Counted from the stretch's first letter, positions 29,300 through 39,858 are shown. The stretch is 64,000 nucleotides of DNA from Dehalococcoidia bacterium (GCA_030612025.1 JAUWOR010000007.1:15104-79103), one strand, 5' to 3'. The notes: generated from the sequence alone by a model not told the origin. Numbers and translations: made by a program.

Positions 29300-31132
29300 A
29301 TGAAACCGAAATCGTGGCCCAATAGCCTTGTCTACTTACTACTTCTAGCAGTGATAGTAGCCACTGTATTTGTTTTTTTACCAAGCAGTGGTAAACCTCA
29401 AGAGGTAGGAATTACCGAATTCATCACCTACATTAAACAAGGGGAAATTGACCATATCGTGCAGAAGGAAAACACCCTTACTGGTTCGTATGGTGAAGAG
29501 GAAAGATATACTGCCGACTATTATGGCACTACCAATGACCTGGTGGCTATCCTTAGCGATAACGGAGTTAACGTCGGCGAAGGTGGGATAAGCCTCGATG
29601 TTAAAGCTAGCGGCATTGATTGGGGAATGATAGCCCTGCAAATCCTCTTACCAATTATGTTGATTGGGGCGTTATTCTATTTTTTATTCCGCTCAGCCCG
29701 TGGAGCCGGCACGCAAGCCTTCAATTTTGGTAAAAGCCGCGCCCGACTAAGTTCCGGCAATAAACCTACGGTAACTTTTGCCGATGTCGCTGGAACTGAG
29801 GAGGCCAAAGAAGAGGTTCAAGAGGTGGTGGATTTTCTCAAATCACCCCAGAAATTCCGCACATTGGGGGCTCGCATCCCTCGAGGTGTGCTCCTAGTAG
29901 GACCGCCAGGGACAGGCAAAACATTGCTGGCTAAAGCTATAGCTGGGGAGGCCAATGTGCCTTTTTACTCCATTAGCGGCAGTGAATTTGTGGAGATGTT
30001 TGTCGGCGTTGGCGCTGCTAGAGTCAGGGACCTTTTTGAGCAAGCCAAACGTAACTCACCATGCATAGTTTTTATGGATGAAATTGATGCCGTAGGCCGA
30101 CACCGTGGCGCTGGCTTGGGTGGAGGACATGATGAAAGAGAGCAAACTCTAAATCAAATCCTATCTGAGATGGATGGCTTTGACACCAATACTAACATTA
30201 TTGTCCTGGCTGCCACCAATCGTCCCGATATTCTCGATCCAGCCTTACTACGCCCTGGCCGCTTTGATCGTCATATCGTCGTCGATTTACCTGATATCAA
30301 TGGCCGCAAAGCTATTTTAGAAGTACATGCCAAGGGCATGTCCCTGGCCAAAGAAGTCAACCTGGAAACAGTAGCTAAGGGAACACCTGGTTTTAGCGGC
30401 GCTGACCTAGCCAGCCTAATTAACGAAGCAGCTATTTTGGCTGCTAGACGCAACCGCAAAGATATTAGCTTAAAGGAGCTAGAGGATGCTGCCGATCGAG
30501 TTATCGCTGGGCCTGAGAAAAAAAGCCGGGTAATCATCCAGAAAGAAAAGGAAATAATCGCCTATCATGAAAGTGGACATGCTCTGACAGCCAGGATGTT
30601 GCCCAATGCTGACCCGGTGCACAAAGTTTCCATTATTGCTCGAGGAGTAATGGGAGGCTGGACGCGCTTCTTACCAACCGAGGACCGCTATTTATGGAGC
30701 CGCTCTCAATTTGATGACAGATTAGCAGTAAGCTTAGGTGGACGGGTTGCCGAGGAAATCAGCTTTGGAGAAATAACTACCGGGGCACAAAATGACTTAG
30801 CCGAGGCAACTAAATTAGCCCGGAGGATGGTTACTGAATACGGGATGAGCGATAAATTGGGACCGCGAACTTTCGGGCAAAGACAGGAACTTGTTTTCTT
30901 AGGTCGCGAGATTAGCGAGCAAAGAGATTACAGCGATAAGACAGCTCAAAAGATAGATGAAGAGGTACACGATATTATTCAGCGTGCCTATAATACTGCC
31001 AAGAAAATACTGACCAAAAACAAAGCCAAACTAAAGCAAATCGCTGAGGAACTCATCGCTCACGAAACTCTGGAGGAACCAGCGCTCAATAAGCTATTTG
31101 AAGGATTAACACCACAAACAGCCTCCAGCTAA
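29300..31132 (+). CDS. ftsH: ATP-dependent zinc metalloprotease FtsH
   Basis: Two N-terminal TM helices are followed by an AAA+ Walker A (GPPGTGKT), an SRH region and a zinc-binding HESGHAL. Confidence 0.9.
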   Translation: MKPKSWPNSLVYLLLLAVIVATVFVFLPSSGKPQEVGITEFITYIKQGEIDHIVQKENTLTGSYGEEERYTADYYGTTNDLVAILSDNGVNVGEGGISLDVKASGIDWGMIALQILLPIMLIGALFYFLFRSARGAGTQAFNFGKSRARLSSGNKPTVTFADVAGTEEAKEEVQEVVDFLKSPQKFRTLGARIPRGVLLVGPPGTGKTLLAKAIAGEANVPFYSISGSEFVEMFVGVGAARVRDLFEQAKRNSPCIVFMDEIDAVGRHRGAGLGGGHDEREQTLNQILSEMDGFDTNTNIIVLAATNRPDILDPALLRPGRFDRHIVVDLPDINGRKAILEVHAKGMSLAKEVNLETVAKGTPGFSGADLASLINEAAILAARRNRKDISLKELEDAADRVIAGPEKKSRVIIQKEKEIIAYHESGHALTARMLPNADPVHKVSIIARGVMGGWTRFLPTEDRYLWSRSQFDDRLAVSLGGRVAEEISFGEITTGAQNDLAEATKLARRMVTEYGMSDKLGPRTFGQRQELVFLGREISEQRDYSDKTAQKIDEEVHDIIQRAYNTAKKILTKNKAKLKQIAEELIAHETLEEPALNKLFEGLTPQTASS

Positions 31133-31165
31133 AAGGTTTTGTTAACTTCTTCTGCCCTTACCTCA

Positions 31166-32848
31166 CTAATAAGCTACATGGCCAACTTGGCTGGCTTCTT
31201 GAGCAATAACACTATCATCCAGCTTAACAAATAGTGGCTGGGGCTGGCGAAGTTTCTGCCCCGGCACTGGCGACTGAAGCTTCCAACCTGCCTCACTGAC
31301 GCTCCCCACAAAGCCAAGAGAAGTGTGGAGCTTCTCAGAGCTAAAGGGAAGAAAGGGGTAGAAAGCAGTCTTTAAAACTGATAATACGGACAAGACAGTA
31401 TAGGCAGACTTGGCCGAGGTTTCTGGGGATTTTTTAATCGTTTTCCAGGGAGCCTGGTCATCAAGATACCGATTAGCTTCTTGAGCCAAGAACATAATCT
31501 GTCTAATCGCTTCTCTGAAACTACAGCGATAAAGCGCTCTATCAACATCGCTTAGAGTAGTCTCAGCCTTATGAAGCAACCCCTGGCTTTGCTCATCAAG
31601 TTCGCCTGGCGCGGGCACCATTCCGTTGAAATTGCGATAAGCAAAAGTAAGGATACGATGCGCTAGGTTACCATAAGTAGCTACCAGCTCATCGTTATTG
31701 CGGCGAACAAATCTATCCCAAGAAAAATCGCTATCCCTGGCCTCAGGCATATTTATGGATAAAATGTAGCGCAGAGGGTCCGGGTCATATCTCTCCAGAT
31801 AATCAGGTAGCCAAACTGCCCAATTCCGGCTGGTGGAAAGCTTCTTGCCTTCAATAGTTAAAAATTCATTGGCGGGAACATCGTAGGGAACATTTAATCC
31901 GCCATAGCCTATCAGCATCGCTGGCCAGATTAAGGTATGGAAAAAAATGTTGTCCTTGCCGATGAAATAAAAACTCTTGGACTCCCCTGTCCAAAAAGGT
32001 TGCCAAGCTGCGTCATCGCCATGCAGCTTTGCCCACTCTTTACTGGCTGACAAATAACCAATAACTGCCTCAAACCAGACGTAAATTCGCTTCTGCTCAA
32101 AGCCCGATTGCGGCACAGTCACTCCCCAATCTATATCACGGGTTATAGCCCTATCCCTTAATCCTTCATGCAAAAATTTCCAAGTGGTGCTAAGTACATT
32201 ATGCCGCCAGTGAGACTGCTCTTTTATCCATGCCGTCAATTTATCCTGAAAAGAAGTAAGGCGTAGGAAAAAGTGCTCCGAGGTCTCAAACCGCGCTGGG
32301 GCGCCACAAAGATAGCAGCGAATATTCTCAAGCTCTGAGGGATTTAAAGGTTTACCACATTCATCACATTGATCGCCTCGCGCTTTGGGAAAGCTGCAAT
32401 AAGGACATGTACCCTCAAGATAACGGTCAGGAAGAAACCTCTGGCACTTAGGACAGTAAGCCTGAAGCATCTTATCCTTGTAAATATAGCCATTATTGAG
32501 CAAAGTAAGAAATATATCATGCGTAACCTGAGCATGATTTGCAGTGCCTGTAGTAGTAAATAAGTCAAAGGAGATGCCCAATTTTTGCCAGCAATCGATA
32601 AATTGCTGATGATATTTAGATGCTATTTCCTGTGGCGACTTGGATTCCTGCTCAGCTCGAATAGTAATGGGTGCTCCGTGCTGATCACTCCCTGAAACCA
32701 TTAGCACATCGTCGCCTTTGAGGCGATGATAACGAGCAAAAATATCTGCTGGCAAATAAGCCCCGGCAATATGTCCTAAATGTAAAGAACCATTGGCATA
32801 AGGCCAAGCAACACCTATAAAGATACGCTCACTCAAGAAAGCCTCCAA
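31166..32848 (-). CDS. metG: methionine--tRNA ligase
   Basis: A HIGH-type motif (HLGHIAGAYL), the zinc knuckle cysteines (CPKC...CPYC...CDEC...CYLC) and a KMSKS-like KLSTS are present. Confidence 0.9.
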   Translation of the reverse strand: MEAFLSERIFIGVAWPYANGSLHLGHIAGAYLPADIFARYHRLKGDDVLMVSGSDQHGAPITIRAEQESKSPQEIASKYHQQFIDCWQKLGISFDLFTTTGTANHAQVTHDIFLTLLNNGYIYKDKMLQAYCPKCQRFLPDRYLEGTCPYCSFPKARGDQCDECGKPLNPSELENIRCYLCGAPARFETSEHFFLRLTSFQDKLTAWIKEQSHWRHNVLSTTWKFLHEGLRDRAITRDIDWGVTVPQSGFEQKRIYVWFEAVIGYLSASKEWAKLHGDDAAWQPFWTGESKSFYFIGKDNIFFHTLIWPAMLIGYGGLNVPYDVPANEFLTIEGKKLSTSRNWAVWLPDYLERYDPDPLRYILSINMPEARDSDFSWDRFVRRNNDELVATYGNLAHRILTFAYRNFNGMVPAPGELDEQSQGLLHKAETTLSDVDRALYRCSFREAIRQIMFLAQEANRYLDDQAPWKTIKKSPETSAKSAYTVLSVLSVLKTAFYPFLPFSSEKLHTSLGFVGSVSEAGWKLQSPVPGQKLRQPQPLFVKLDDSVIAQEASQVGHVAY

Positions 32849-32930
32849 ATTTAGCTTTCAGCTCTCAGTCTTCAGCTATCAACTGTCAAGTAACATCTGA
32901 CCACTGAGTGCTGACCGCTTCTTATCATGC

Positions 32931-33134
32931 CTAGTCCTCAGGGAAAAAGGTGATTATTTTCTCTCCCTTTTCCGTCTTATAGGAAGCATAACCGCGGCTT
33001 AAGCAGCAATCAAGACAAAAACGTTGACTCTGCTCCCCCACATCATCAGCCACTAAATAACGCTCACCATATTCCAGAAATCTATGACAGATGTCGCATT
33101 GCACTTTGCTTATAGCGATACAGCCACAACGCAA
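32931..33134 (-). CDS. small Cys-rich hypothetical protein (zinc-ribbon-like)
   Basis: A 67-aa ORF with CxC...CxxC...CxxCC spacing. There is no other support. Confidence 0.35.
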   Translation of the reverse strand: MRCGCIAISKVQCDICHRFLEYGERYLVADDVGEQSQRFCLDCCLSRGYASYKTEKGEKIITFFPED

Positions 33135-33308
33135 TTTAATCTCCTTCAGCAGGCTTTGTCCAGCCTGCTACAAACTTCGCTTCCCATTAAAGGTATAAGA
33201 CGCCTAAGAAGGTATCACCCTGTCGTCCACCAATAGCAGCGGTGAAAATAGGCAAAAACAAACATAGCCGATAATTATAGCCCTTAATTACAATTCCATC
33301 CACCCGTC

Positions 33309-33337
33309 TTGACTCCAAACTGTCACCCTTGTATAGT
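33309..33337 (+). promoter_or_regulatory. sigma70-like promoter upstream of the IMPDH-family gene
   Basis: TTGACT is followed by an exact 17-nt spacer and TATAGT. The predicted TSS lies about 26 nt before the ATG at 33370. Confidence 0.5.
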
Positions 33338-33369
33338 TTACAACAATTATCTCTCCGAAGAAGAAAAAA

Positions 33370-34515
33370 ATGCCTCAGCTTAAATTCAAAGAAATGGTGC
33401 CAACATATGGGTTTGACGACGTAGCCCTTGTCCCTGGCGATGTAACCATCAACCCTGACCAGACAAATATAGATTTTATTATTGGTAATTTTAAATTCTC
33501 CATCCCCATCCTAGCCTCAGCCATGGATGCTGTTGTTGATCCCACCTTAGCCATCAAGTTTGGCAAACTGGGAGGCCTAGCTGTCCTCAACCTCGAGGGA
33601 GTACAGACAAGGTATGAAAATCCTGACGAAATTCTGGAGCAAATTGCTCAAGCTCTGGAAATCGAGGTTACTTCTCTGCTGCAAAAGATTTACTCCGCAC
33701 CTATTAAGGAAAATCTTATCGCTGACTGCATCAGCAAGGTCAAACAAGGAGGCGTCACCTGTGCCGCCTCACTAACCCCAGCCAATACCAAACGACTAGC
33801 TCCAATAGCCAAGGAAGCCGGGATTGACGTGCTAGTAGTGCAATCTACAATTACCACCGCCAAGCATATCTCCAAGAGCTACCGAGGGCTTATCTTGTCC
33901 GAATTATGCCAGATGCTGTCCTTGCCCATCATAGTGGGCAACTGCTGCAGCTATAGCGCCGCATTAGAGTTGATGAGAACAGGGATTGATGCCATTTTAG
34001 TCGGCGTCGGTCCTGGAGCTGCCTGTACCACCAGAGAAGTCATCGGCGTTGGCGTTCCCCAGATAACTGCCACCATGGATTGCGCTGCTGCTAGAGAGAC
34101 TTATTTTAAAGAGGGTGGTAAATATGTATCAGTCATAACTGATGGAGGCATTCGCATTGGCGGTGACTTGTGTAAAGCATTTGCCGCTGGCGCCGATGCT
34201 GTCATGGTTGGTTCACCACTAGCTCAGGCTACGGAGGCTCCGGGTAGAGGTTATCATTGGGGTATGTCTCAGCCTCACCCAGTATTGCCTAGAGGGACAC
34301 GTATCAAAGTTGGCACCGCTGCTCCCTTAGAACAAATTCTCTTCGGACCCACTACTGTTACCGATGGGACGCAAAACCTGGTTGGTGCCTTGCACACCAG
34401 CATGGGAATCTGCGGTGCTCGAACCATTAAAGAAATGCATAAAGTTAAGATGATCATTGCTCCAGCTATAAAGACAGAAGGAAAATACTTCCAGGCAGCC
34501 CAAAGTATTCCTTGA
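33370..34515 (+). CDS. IMP dehydrogenase/GMP reductase family protein (no CBS pair)
   Basis: An IMPDH-type TIM barrel with an active-site Cys loop region and the [23 protein letters not shown] motif is present. The 381-aa length is consistent with a CBS-less family member. Confidence 0.65.
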   Translation: MPQLKFKEMVPTYGFDDVALVPGDVTINPDQTNIDFIIGNFKFSIPILASAMDAVVDPTLAIKFGKLGGLAVLNLEGVQTRYENPDEILEQIAQALEIEVTSLLQKIYSAPIKENLIADCISKVKQGGVTCAASLTPANTKRLAPIAKEAGIDVLVVQSTITTAKHISKSYRGLILSELCQMLSLPIIVGNCCSYSAALELMRTGIDAILVGVGPGAACTTREVIGVGVPQITATMDCAAARETYFKEGGKYVSVITDGGIRIGGDLCKAFAAGADAVMVGSPLAQATEAPGRGYHWGMSQPHPVLPRGTRIKVGTAAPLEQILFGPTTVTDGTQNLVGALHTSMGICGARTIKEMHKVKMIIAPAIKTEGKYFQAAQSIP

Positions 34516-34518
34516 TTT

Positions 34519-35133
34519 TTAAAGAAACGCACTAATACAAAACCAGACTCCAAAGCCAACCAGTACAAAAGCACAAACACTAAACACAACTCTCTGCACC
34601 TTTCGTGTCCACCACTTCCTCGACTTAAACGTACCCGCAGAGAGAACTTCATACCAGGTTAAATCGCAAAGCCAGTGCACCAAGGTGAAAAGAGCAATGC
34701 CAATAAGCCCAAACCTGGTAGCGCCAACTATCAGGACTATGCCTATAGTCACCCACCATATATAAAAAGCGGGGTTGGCTCCCGTGATCACAATGCCAGT
34801 GACTAAAGAACTAGTTGGCAGCCCGCCTATTTCTCCAACCGCATTGCCAGCAGTTCGAAACACCCGGAAACCCAGGTAAAATAACATCAGGCCGCCCACT
34901 ATATATATAACCTTCACAACCTGCGGAGAGCCGATGAGATGCCCCAACCCCAAATAAATTGCTGCTATGAGCGGTATCTCGATGACAGCATGCCCTACGG
35001 CAATCAAGGCACCGGCATTTTTATCACCATAACCTTTGGCTATTGTGGCGGCAGTAAGTGGCCCTGGCAGCATAACACCAGTAAGGGAAATACCAACTGC
35101 CGATAATAGAAATAAACCAAGGTTTGTCTCCAT
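34519..35133 (-). CDS. LysE/RhtB-type amino-acid exporter-like membrane protein
   Basis: The 204-aa protein has 6 predicted TM segments and an N-terminal LPGP-containing helix typical of LysE-superfamily translocators. Confidence 0.5.
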   Translation of the reverse strand: METNLGLFLLSAVGISLTGVMLPGPLTAATIAKGYGDKNAGALIAVGHAVIEIPLIAAIYLGLGHLIGSPQVVKVIYIVGGLMLFYLGFRVFRTAGNAVGEIGGLPTSSLVTGIVITGANPAFYIWWVTIGIVLIVGATRFGLIGIALFTLVHWLCDLTWYEVLSAGTFKSRKWWTRKVQRVVFSVCAFVLVGFGVWFCISAFL

Positions 35134-35161
35134 AATTTATTGGGGCAAATGCAGATTTAGG

Positions 35162-35923
35162 CTAGATTTCCTCCTCTTCCTCCTCCTCAGCAGTTATGTC
35201 CCCTCCATAATGAGGAAGCACCACACCCACCTTGCCTCGTCGGTGTTTAGCCCTTTTAGGCAGATTATCAATCATTTTCCTTAATTCTGTGAATGCTTCT
35301 ACTGGCTGTGCTGGCGGAATAACTATGCCATCCATCCCAGCCTCCCATAAATTACCGAGCTCGGCACTGGTGATCAGTGAAGGTAAAGTTACCACAAGCG
35401 GCTTATCCAATAGCTCACTGAACCTTCGGCAAATGAGCAGATATTCCACAGTAATAAATGACTCCTCGCCTCTGTTAATAAACACACCGTCTATCTCAAG
35501 AGCATTAATAGCTCTAACCAAGCCCTGATCCAACGAAGGTTCTATCACCAGAAATTTACCCGCCCCTTCTCCTCGCAGTGCTGCCACAGATGCCTTCATA
35601 TCAAAAACTACAAAGTCGCAGCCTGAGTCAACAAGCTCAGCAGCCCTCTTTTTGCTCATCCCCTTTATAACCACTCCCAGAGGAATATCGCCCATAGCCT
35701 TGACCATTTCCTTCAGGCTTTCGACCTTGGAATTTTGCTTCAATATCAGCCCAGCATCCACATTGCTACCAGTTAAGGCATCAGCTTCCTTGACATCTAC
35801 CCCAGCCAACCCGGCAACAAGCAACATCGGTGAGCTTTTCAGTTTGCTGGCAGCCGCATGGAAACCTATGGGTGATGCTGAAGACTTGGAAAGGTTATGC
35901 AATTTATCCACAAATTTGCTCAT
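35162..35923 (-). CDS. hypothetical protein with poly-Glu C-terminal tail (EEEEEEEI)
   Basis: The start was reassigned to the internal Met (MSKFVDKL), because the upstream part of the track ORF is a read-through of the tRNA. The body looks like alternating beta/alpha (TIM-barrel or Rossmann-like). Function is unknown. Confidence 0.5.
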   Translation of the reverse strand: MSKFVDKLHNLSKSSASPIGFHAAASKLKSSPMLLVAGLAGVDVKEADALTGSNVDAGLILKQNSKVESLKEMVKAMGDIPLGVVIKGMSKKRAAELVDSGCDFVVFDMKASVAALRGEGAGKFLVIEPSLDQGLVRAINALEIDGVFINRGEESFITVEYLLICRRFSELLDKPLVVTLPSLITSAELGNLWEAGMDGIVIPPAQPVEAFTELRKMIDNLPKRAKHRRGKVGVVLPHYGGDITAEEEEEEEI

Positions 35924-35935
35924 CTTACCCCCAAA

Positions 35936-36006
35936 GCCAGCGGTCGGATTCGAACCGACGACCGGCGGTTTACGAAACCGCTGCTCTACCCCTGAGCTAC
36001 GCTGGC
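35936..36006 (-). tRNA. tRNA-Thr (anticodon CGT)
   Basis: A hand-folded cloverleaf shows acceptor GCCAGCG/CGCTGGC, a D-arm GCTCAGGGGTAGAGC, anticodon stem-loop GCGGT-TTCGTAA-ACCGC and T-arm GTCGG-TTCGAAT-CCGAC. CCA is not encoded. Confidence 0.85.
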
Positions 36007-36372
36007 ACGAGATTAGTATAGCTGATGAGATAGGCTCTGACAAACGGTCTTACTAAAATCGCCAAAGCTACTCAGATAGGGGAGTTGAACAACGGTTTTC
36101 TCTAAAACAGACTTCAGAATGATGGGCACACCAATCTATATATAGCGTCCTAAATAATTGCGCATAGACCCTTCAGGCTGAGCCCTCAGGACGAAGTCCT
36201 GTGCAGGGATTAAATCCTAAGCAATATCTAAATTCAAAGATAAAAAATCAAAATTACAAATCAAAGCTCAAAATTAAAATTGCGGGCGCTCTTGACCATC
36301 TATTTTGAATTTTGCTCTGTCATTTTTCCTTTTGCATTTTGATACTTGAATTTATTTAGAATTTGCCCGTAT

Positions 36373-36933
36373 TCATTCCTCTATAGTTATTCGCATTATG
36401 GTGTCACCCTGTTCAATTTTTTCCAGGATATCCCTTCCCTCTATTAGCTGACCAAAGACTGAGTGCTCACCATCAAGGTGATGCTGGGGTGTATAAGTAA
36501 TGAAGAACTGGCAGCCATTGGTATTAGGTCCAGAATTAGCCATTGATAGGGCACCGGCAACATGGGTATGCTCGGTGAATTCATCAGCAAAGGAATAACC
36601 AGGAGTGCCAGTTCCAGTTCCCGTAGGGTCTCCCCCTTGAGCCATAAAGCCCGGTATTACACGATGGAATGTGGTACCGTCGTAAAACCCCTCGCGGGCA
36701 AGGAAGACAAAGTTGTTGACAGTTACTGGAACATCACTAGCGAACAGCTCCAGCACTATATTCCCCTTTTCTGTCTGAATGGTAGCAATGTATTGCTTAC
36801 TGGAATCAATTGTCATCGGTGGTGAGGCTGAGTAAGTTTTAGGCTTTGGCTCTCCACCAGCACATGACGTCGAAAGAAGTGCTAGCAGAACCAAGATGAT
36901 GCCAGCTATTCGGAACAGACCGCCAGTTGTCAT
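36373..36933 (-). CDS. ppiB: peptidyl-prolyl cis-trans isomerase, cyclophilin type, secreted/lipoprotein
   Basis: Cyclophilin motifs ([15 protein letters not shown]; [17 protein letters not shown]) follow an N-terminal signal. The start was moved to MTTGGLF because the track ORF N-terminal extension overlaps MITE copy C. Confidence 0.8.
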   Translation of the reverse strand: MTTGGLFRIAGIILVLLALLSTSCAGGEPKPKTYSASPPMTIDSSKQYIATIQTEKGNIVLELFASDVPVTVNNFVFLAREGFYDGTTFHRVIPGFMAQGGDPTGTGTGTPGYSFADEFTEHTHVAGALSMANSGPNTNGCQFFITYTPQHHLDGEHSVFGQLIEGRDILEKIEQGDTIMRITIEE

Positions 36934-36958
36934 AAGCTTGCCTCCTTCTTTATTATAA

Positions 36959-37106
36959 AGCTGTTTAATTTTGATTCTCCGTTCAATTTCAGCCATCTCA
37001 GAGGTGTTTCATCCCCAAATTTTTGTAGTTGCCTGATTCATCAGGCACAGTCGCCCAATAAATTGGGCAACTACATTTTTAAACAGCCTTTCTTATAAGG
37101 CTGTTT
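36959..37106 (-). repeat. MITE-like element, copy C (reverse orientation) with extra terminal hairpin
   Basis: The reverse complement matches copies A and B end-to-end. It ends 25 nt upstream of the ppiB ATG with an AAGGAGG RBS, and an additional AAACAGCC-loop-GGCTGTTT hairpin sits at its distal end. Confidence 0.7.
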
Positions 37107-37136
37107 CGCAACACCTAACTGTCACTCTGAGTAAAG

Positions 37137-37487
37137 CTAAGAATCCCTCTTCTCACTTGCAAGGGACTTCTCCAGTTCAGCAATCAAATAAGGGAGATCT
37201 TCGATAATCGTTTGATAAAGGATGTCAAAGTCAATGTCGTCATAGCCGTGAATCAGACGGTTACGCATCCCGATGATTTGTAGCCAAGGAATGCCACCAT
37301 ACTTGGCCTGCCCTTCCGTGGAGACGCGGTTAGCTGCCTCTCCAACAACCTCGATCAATCTCACCAGCGAAAGGTTGAGCATTCGCTCGTTTTCAATGTT
37401 ATGCCTCGTTTTCCCGGCTGCCAATTCCACCGCCTCCTTTGCAGCGTCAAGCATATGTCGCAATCGGATCAAGTCATTCTTTGGCAT
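37137..37487 (-). CDS. hepT: HepT-like RNase toxin (DUF86)
   Basis: The C-terminal Rx4HxY motif (RNRLIHGY) is present and the gene overlaps the upstream mntA by 14 nt. Confidence 0.8.
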   Translation of the reverse strand: MPKNDLIRLRHMLDAAKEAVELAAGKTRHNIENERMLNLSLVRLIEVVGEAANRVSTEGQAKYGGIPWLQIIGMRNRLIHGYDDIDFDILYQTIIEDLPYLIAELEKSLASEKRDS

Positions 37488-37788
37488 ATTGCACCTCTGC
37501 TATTCTAACCACCTCATCGCGGAAATACCTGCTCAAACATTGCGCCGTGTTTATATCCACCTTACGCCCCCCAAATAATTTGGAAAGCTCCAATTCCATA
37601 CTTGCCAGACGGATAAATCCGGGGACATGCCCCGGCTCAAATTCCACCAGTACATCCACATCGCTCTCAGGGCGGAAGTCCTCACGCAGGGCCGAACCAA
37701 ATAAAGAAAGTTTACGGATATGGTGTTCCTGGCAGAATTCAACTATGTTCTCTCGAAGAATGTCAATCTGTATCTCGTTGTTCATCAC
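37474..37788 (-). CDS. mntA: MntA-like minimal nucleotidyltransferase antitoxin
   Basis: Nucleotidyltransferase GS motif and DxD (LFGSALRED...DVDVLVEF) are present, and the gene is paired with hepT. Confidence 0.8.
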   Translation of the reverse strand: MMNNEIQIDILRENIVEFCQEHHIRKLSLFGSALREDFRPESDVDVLVEFEPGHVPGFIRLASMELELSKLFGGRKVDINTAQCLSRYFRDEVVRIAEVQYAKE

Positions 37789-37887
37789 TGCATCTTAATC
37801 ATTTCTCAGAGGCATATTCTGCCTGGAGAAACTCACGGCTATCGAATCTGCCACAACATTGAATTTTAGCACGAATTCTACTAGCTA

Positions 37888-38160
37888 CTCAAAAATTCGC
37901 CTGCTTGATGAAAACTAAAATCAATCACAAAATTCCTTATAATCCTCCCTCCCCTAGCGGGAGGGAGGAAGAGGGAGGGGGAAATTCACCCTCACCTTAC
38001 CTCTCTTGTAAGGAAGAAAAATTCATTACATGAGAGGTATTTTTTCACGATACCATGCGGAAGACTATAAGAATTCATGTAACATGCACCTGGTTACATC
38101 ACCAGGGCGAGTAAACCTAGCCCACCGCCTCTTCCTCAAGGAGAGACCGCTTCTTTTTCC
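37888..38160 (+). repeat. ~275-bp structured direct repeat R1
   Basis: About 90% identical to 40400-40674. Internal hairpins include CCTCCCTCCCC-TAGC-GGGAGGGAGG and ACCTCTCTTGTAA...TTACATGAGAGGT. The 3' end carries a hairpin followed by a T-tract. Confidence 0.7.
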
Positions 38161-38229
38161 TAACGGAGTTTGTTAAACGTTCTGCTATTCCGAAAAGAAG
38201 CGCCAATCGAATTCTAGAGAAATTAAATG

Positions 38230-39200
38230 AACAAAATACAATTAAACTTACGTGATTATCCCTTGACAACAAGTAATCCCTATATTATAATGGAAGCATG
38301 AAGAAATACACAATAGTAGATTTCAACAAAGATTTCCCCGATGATGACGCTTGCCTACAATGGCTAAAGAACTATCTTTATCCTAATGGTATCTTCTGCA
38401 AACAATGTGGAATGGTCACAACACACCACAAAGTAGGTAAACGGCCGTGCTATGCCTGTGCCCGATGTGGTAGTCATGTTTACCCGATGGTAGGGACTAT
38501 CTTTGAGAAATCCGTTACACCGCTCAAGCTCTGGTTCTATGCTATCTTCCTTATAAGTTCTACTCGCTGCGGTATATCAGCCAAGCAACTTCAACGAGAG
38601 TTAGGAGTTACTTACAAAACAGCTTGGCGTATATTCCATGCAATTCGCTCCCTACTACGAGAGGACACCAAGCCTATGTCCGGAGAAGTTGAAATAGACG
38701 AAACTTACATCGGTGGGAAAGCTCATGGCAAGCGTGGCTGTGGTGCCGGGAATAAGACCCTTGTATTCGGCATGGCACAACGACAGGGCGACCTGAAGGC
38801 CTTTGCAACTAGCAACGTCAAACACTCAACTATCTATCCTATTATGAAGCAGCATATCTTACCCCAAAGTATGATTTACACCGATGAATTTACGACGTAC
38901 GATAACCTAAACCAACAAGGTTATCATCACAAACAGGTGCATCATGCCTCAAAAGTCTACGTTTCTGGCAATGCACACACCAATACAGTCGAAGGCTTTT
39001 GGAGTGTATTAAAGTGTGGTATTGATGGCGTGTATCATGCCGTAAGTGAGAAGCACTTACAAGGTTATATCAACGAGTATAGTTTCAGGTATAATCACAG
39101 GCAAGATGATAAGCCTATGTTTAAGACGGGTTTGGAGAAGATTTAGGCTTTTCTATTCGGCGACAAGCCTTCTTTAGGGCGAAGCTAAAGCTCTTCTTTG
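38230..39200 (+). mobile_element. IS1595-family insertion sequence (boundaries approximate)
   Basis: A single transposase ORF of about 0.85 kb has short flanks. The terminal inverted repeats could not be defined by eye. Confidence 0.45.
38298..39146 (+). CDS. IS1595-family (ISXO2-like) transposase
   Basis: An N-terminal zinc-ribbon (CKQCG...CYACARCG) is followed by a DDE domain with an IS1595-like C-terminus (NTVEGFWSVLKCGIDGVYHAVSEKHLQGYINEYSFRYNHR). Confidence 0.8.
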   Translation: MKKYTIVDFNKDFPDDDACLQWLKNYLYPNGIFCKQCGMVTTHHKVGKRPCYACARCGSHVYPMVGTIFEKSVTPLKLWFYAIFLISSTRCGISAKQLQRELGVTYKTAWRIFHAIRSLLREDTKPMSGEVEIDETYIGGKAHGKRGCGAGNKTLVFGMAQRQGDLKAFATSNVKHSTIYPIMKQHILPQSMIYTDEFTTYDNLNQQGYHHKQVHHASKVYVSGNAHTNTVEGFWSVLKCGIDGVYHAVSEKHLQGYINEYSFRYNHRQDDKPMFKTGLEKI

Positions 39201-39233
39201 TAGTAGAGATTTGCTTTATGTCTATCGGTTTTG

Positions 39234-39611
39234 TCATGGCTCTATAATACGCAACCTGTCATCGAGTCCTAGGCTTATTTGTAGAGCTTTATCGACTTCG
39301 TCCATTTTCTCTTTACTCAGTTCACCACACTTATCACCCAGTCGTGACTTTTCTATCGTCATTATTGTTGCCAAATTAATATTACAACCCTTCGGTAACC
39401 CACTCTCCTGAGCCGTTACAGGCACAAGGAAAGGAAATGGCTTCTCTGGGGCAGTACTACAACTAGCAACAATTGTTGTTGGGCTGACTTCATTTCCAAT
39501 ATCATTTTGAATTATTAAGGCTGGTCTTGTGCCTATTATTTCAGTACCCCTACCAGGACTCCAATCTACCCAATATAATTCCCCACGCCTACACTTAATC
39601 GCCATTGCCAC
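39234..39611 (-). CDS. mazF: PemK/MazF-family mRNA interferase toxin
   Basis: N-terminal GELYWVDWSPGRGTEIIGTRPALIIQND matches the MazF/PemK fold signature. Confidence 0.8.
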   Translation of the reverse strand: MAMAIKCRRGELYWVDWSPGRGTEIIGTRPALIIQNDIGNEVSPTTIVASCSTAPEKPFPFLVPVTAQESGLPKGCNINLATIMTIEKSRLGDKCGELSKEKMDEVDKALQISLGLDDRLRIIEP

Positions 39612-39612
39612 A

Positions 39613-39858
39613 TTATTTCCACTCAGGCAAGACCTCGTGTGCTATTTCCATAGCTTCTCTCGCAACTTGCAGGTTTCCCTCTGCCATGACTCTATAACCC
39701 TCTACCATCTCCTCACGTAAACGCTTATCTGCAAACTCCTGCAAACACGTAGAAAACACTTTGCTACGACTTACATTCCACTCGTTTGCAATTTCATCGA
39801 TCAATGCGATTAAGTCACGAGGCACACTAATAGTCAACTTCGCCACCTTCACAGTCAT
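39613..39858 (-). CDS. antitoxin (RHH/MazE-like) for the MazF-family toxin
   Basis: An 81-aa ORF sits immediately upstream with only a 1-nt gap. An N-terminal beta-strand plus helices is consistent with an RHH/SpoVT-AbrB antitoxin. Confidence 0.6.
   Translation of the reverse strand: MTVKVAKLTISVPRDLIALIDEIANEWNVSRSKVFSTCLQEFADKRLREEMVEGYRVMAEGNLQVAREAMEIAHEVLPEWK

Noticed and set aside
35924-36043. N-terminal 40 codons of track ORF 35162-36043
   Set aside because: This stretch is a read-through translation of the tRNA-Thr gene (GSNPTAG equals the T-arm). The real start is the internal Met at 35923.
36934-36996. N-terminal extension of the cyclophilin ORF ([12 protein letters not shown]...)
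   Set aside because: It overlaps MITE copy C. The signal peptide begins at the internal Met (MTTGGLF), which has a proper RBS.
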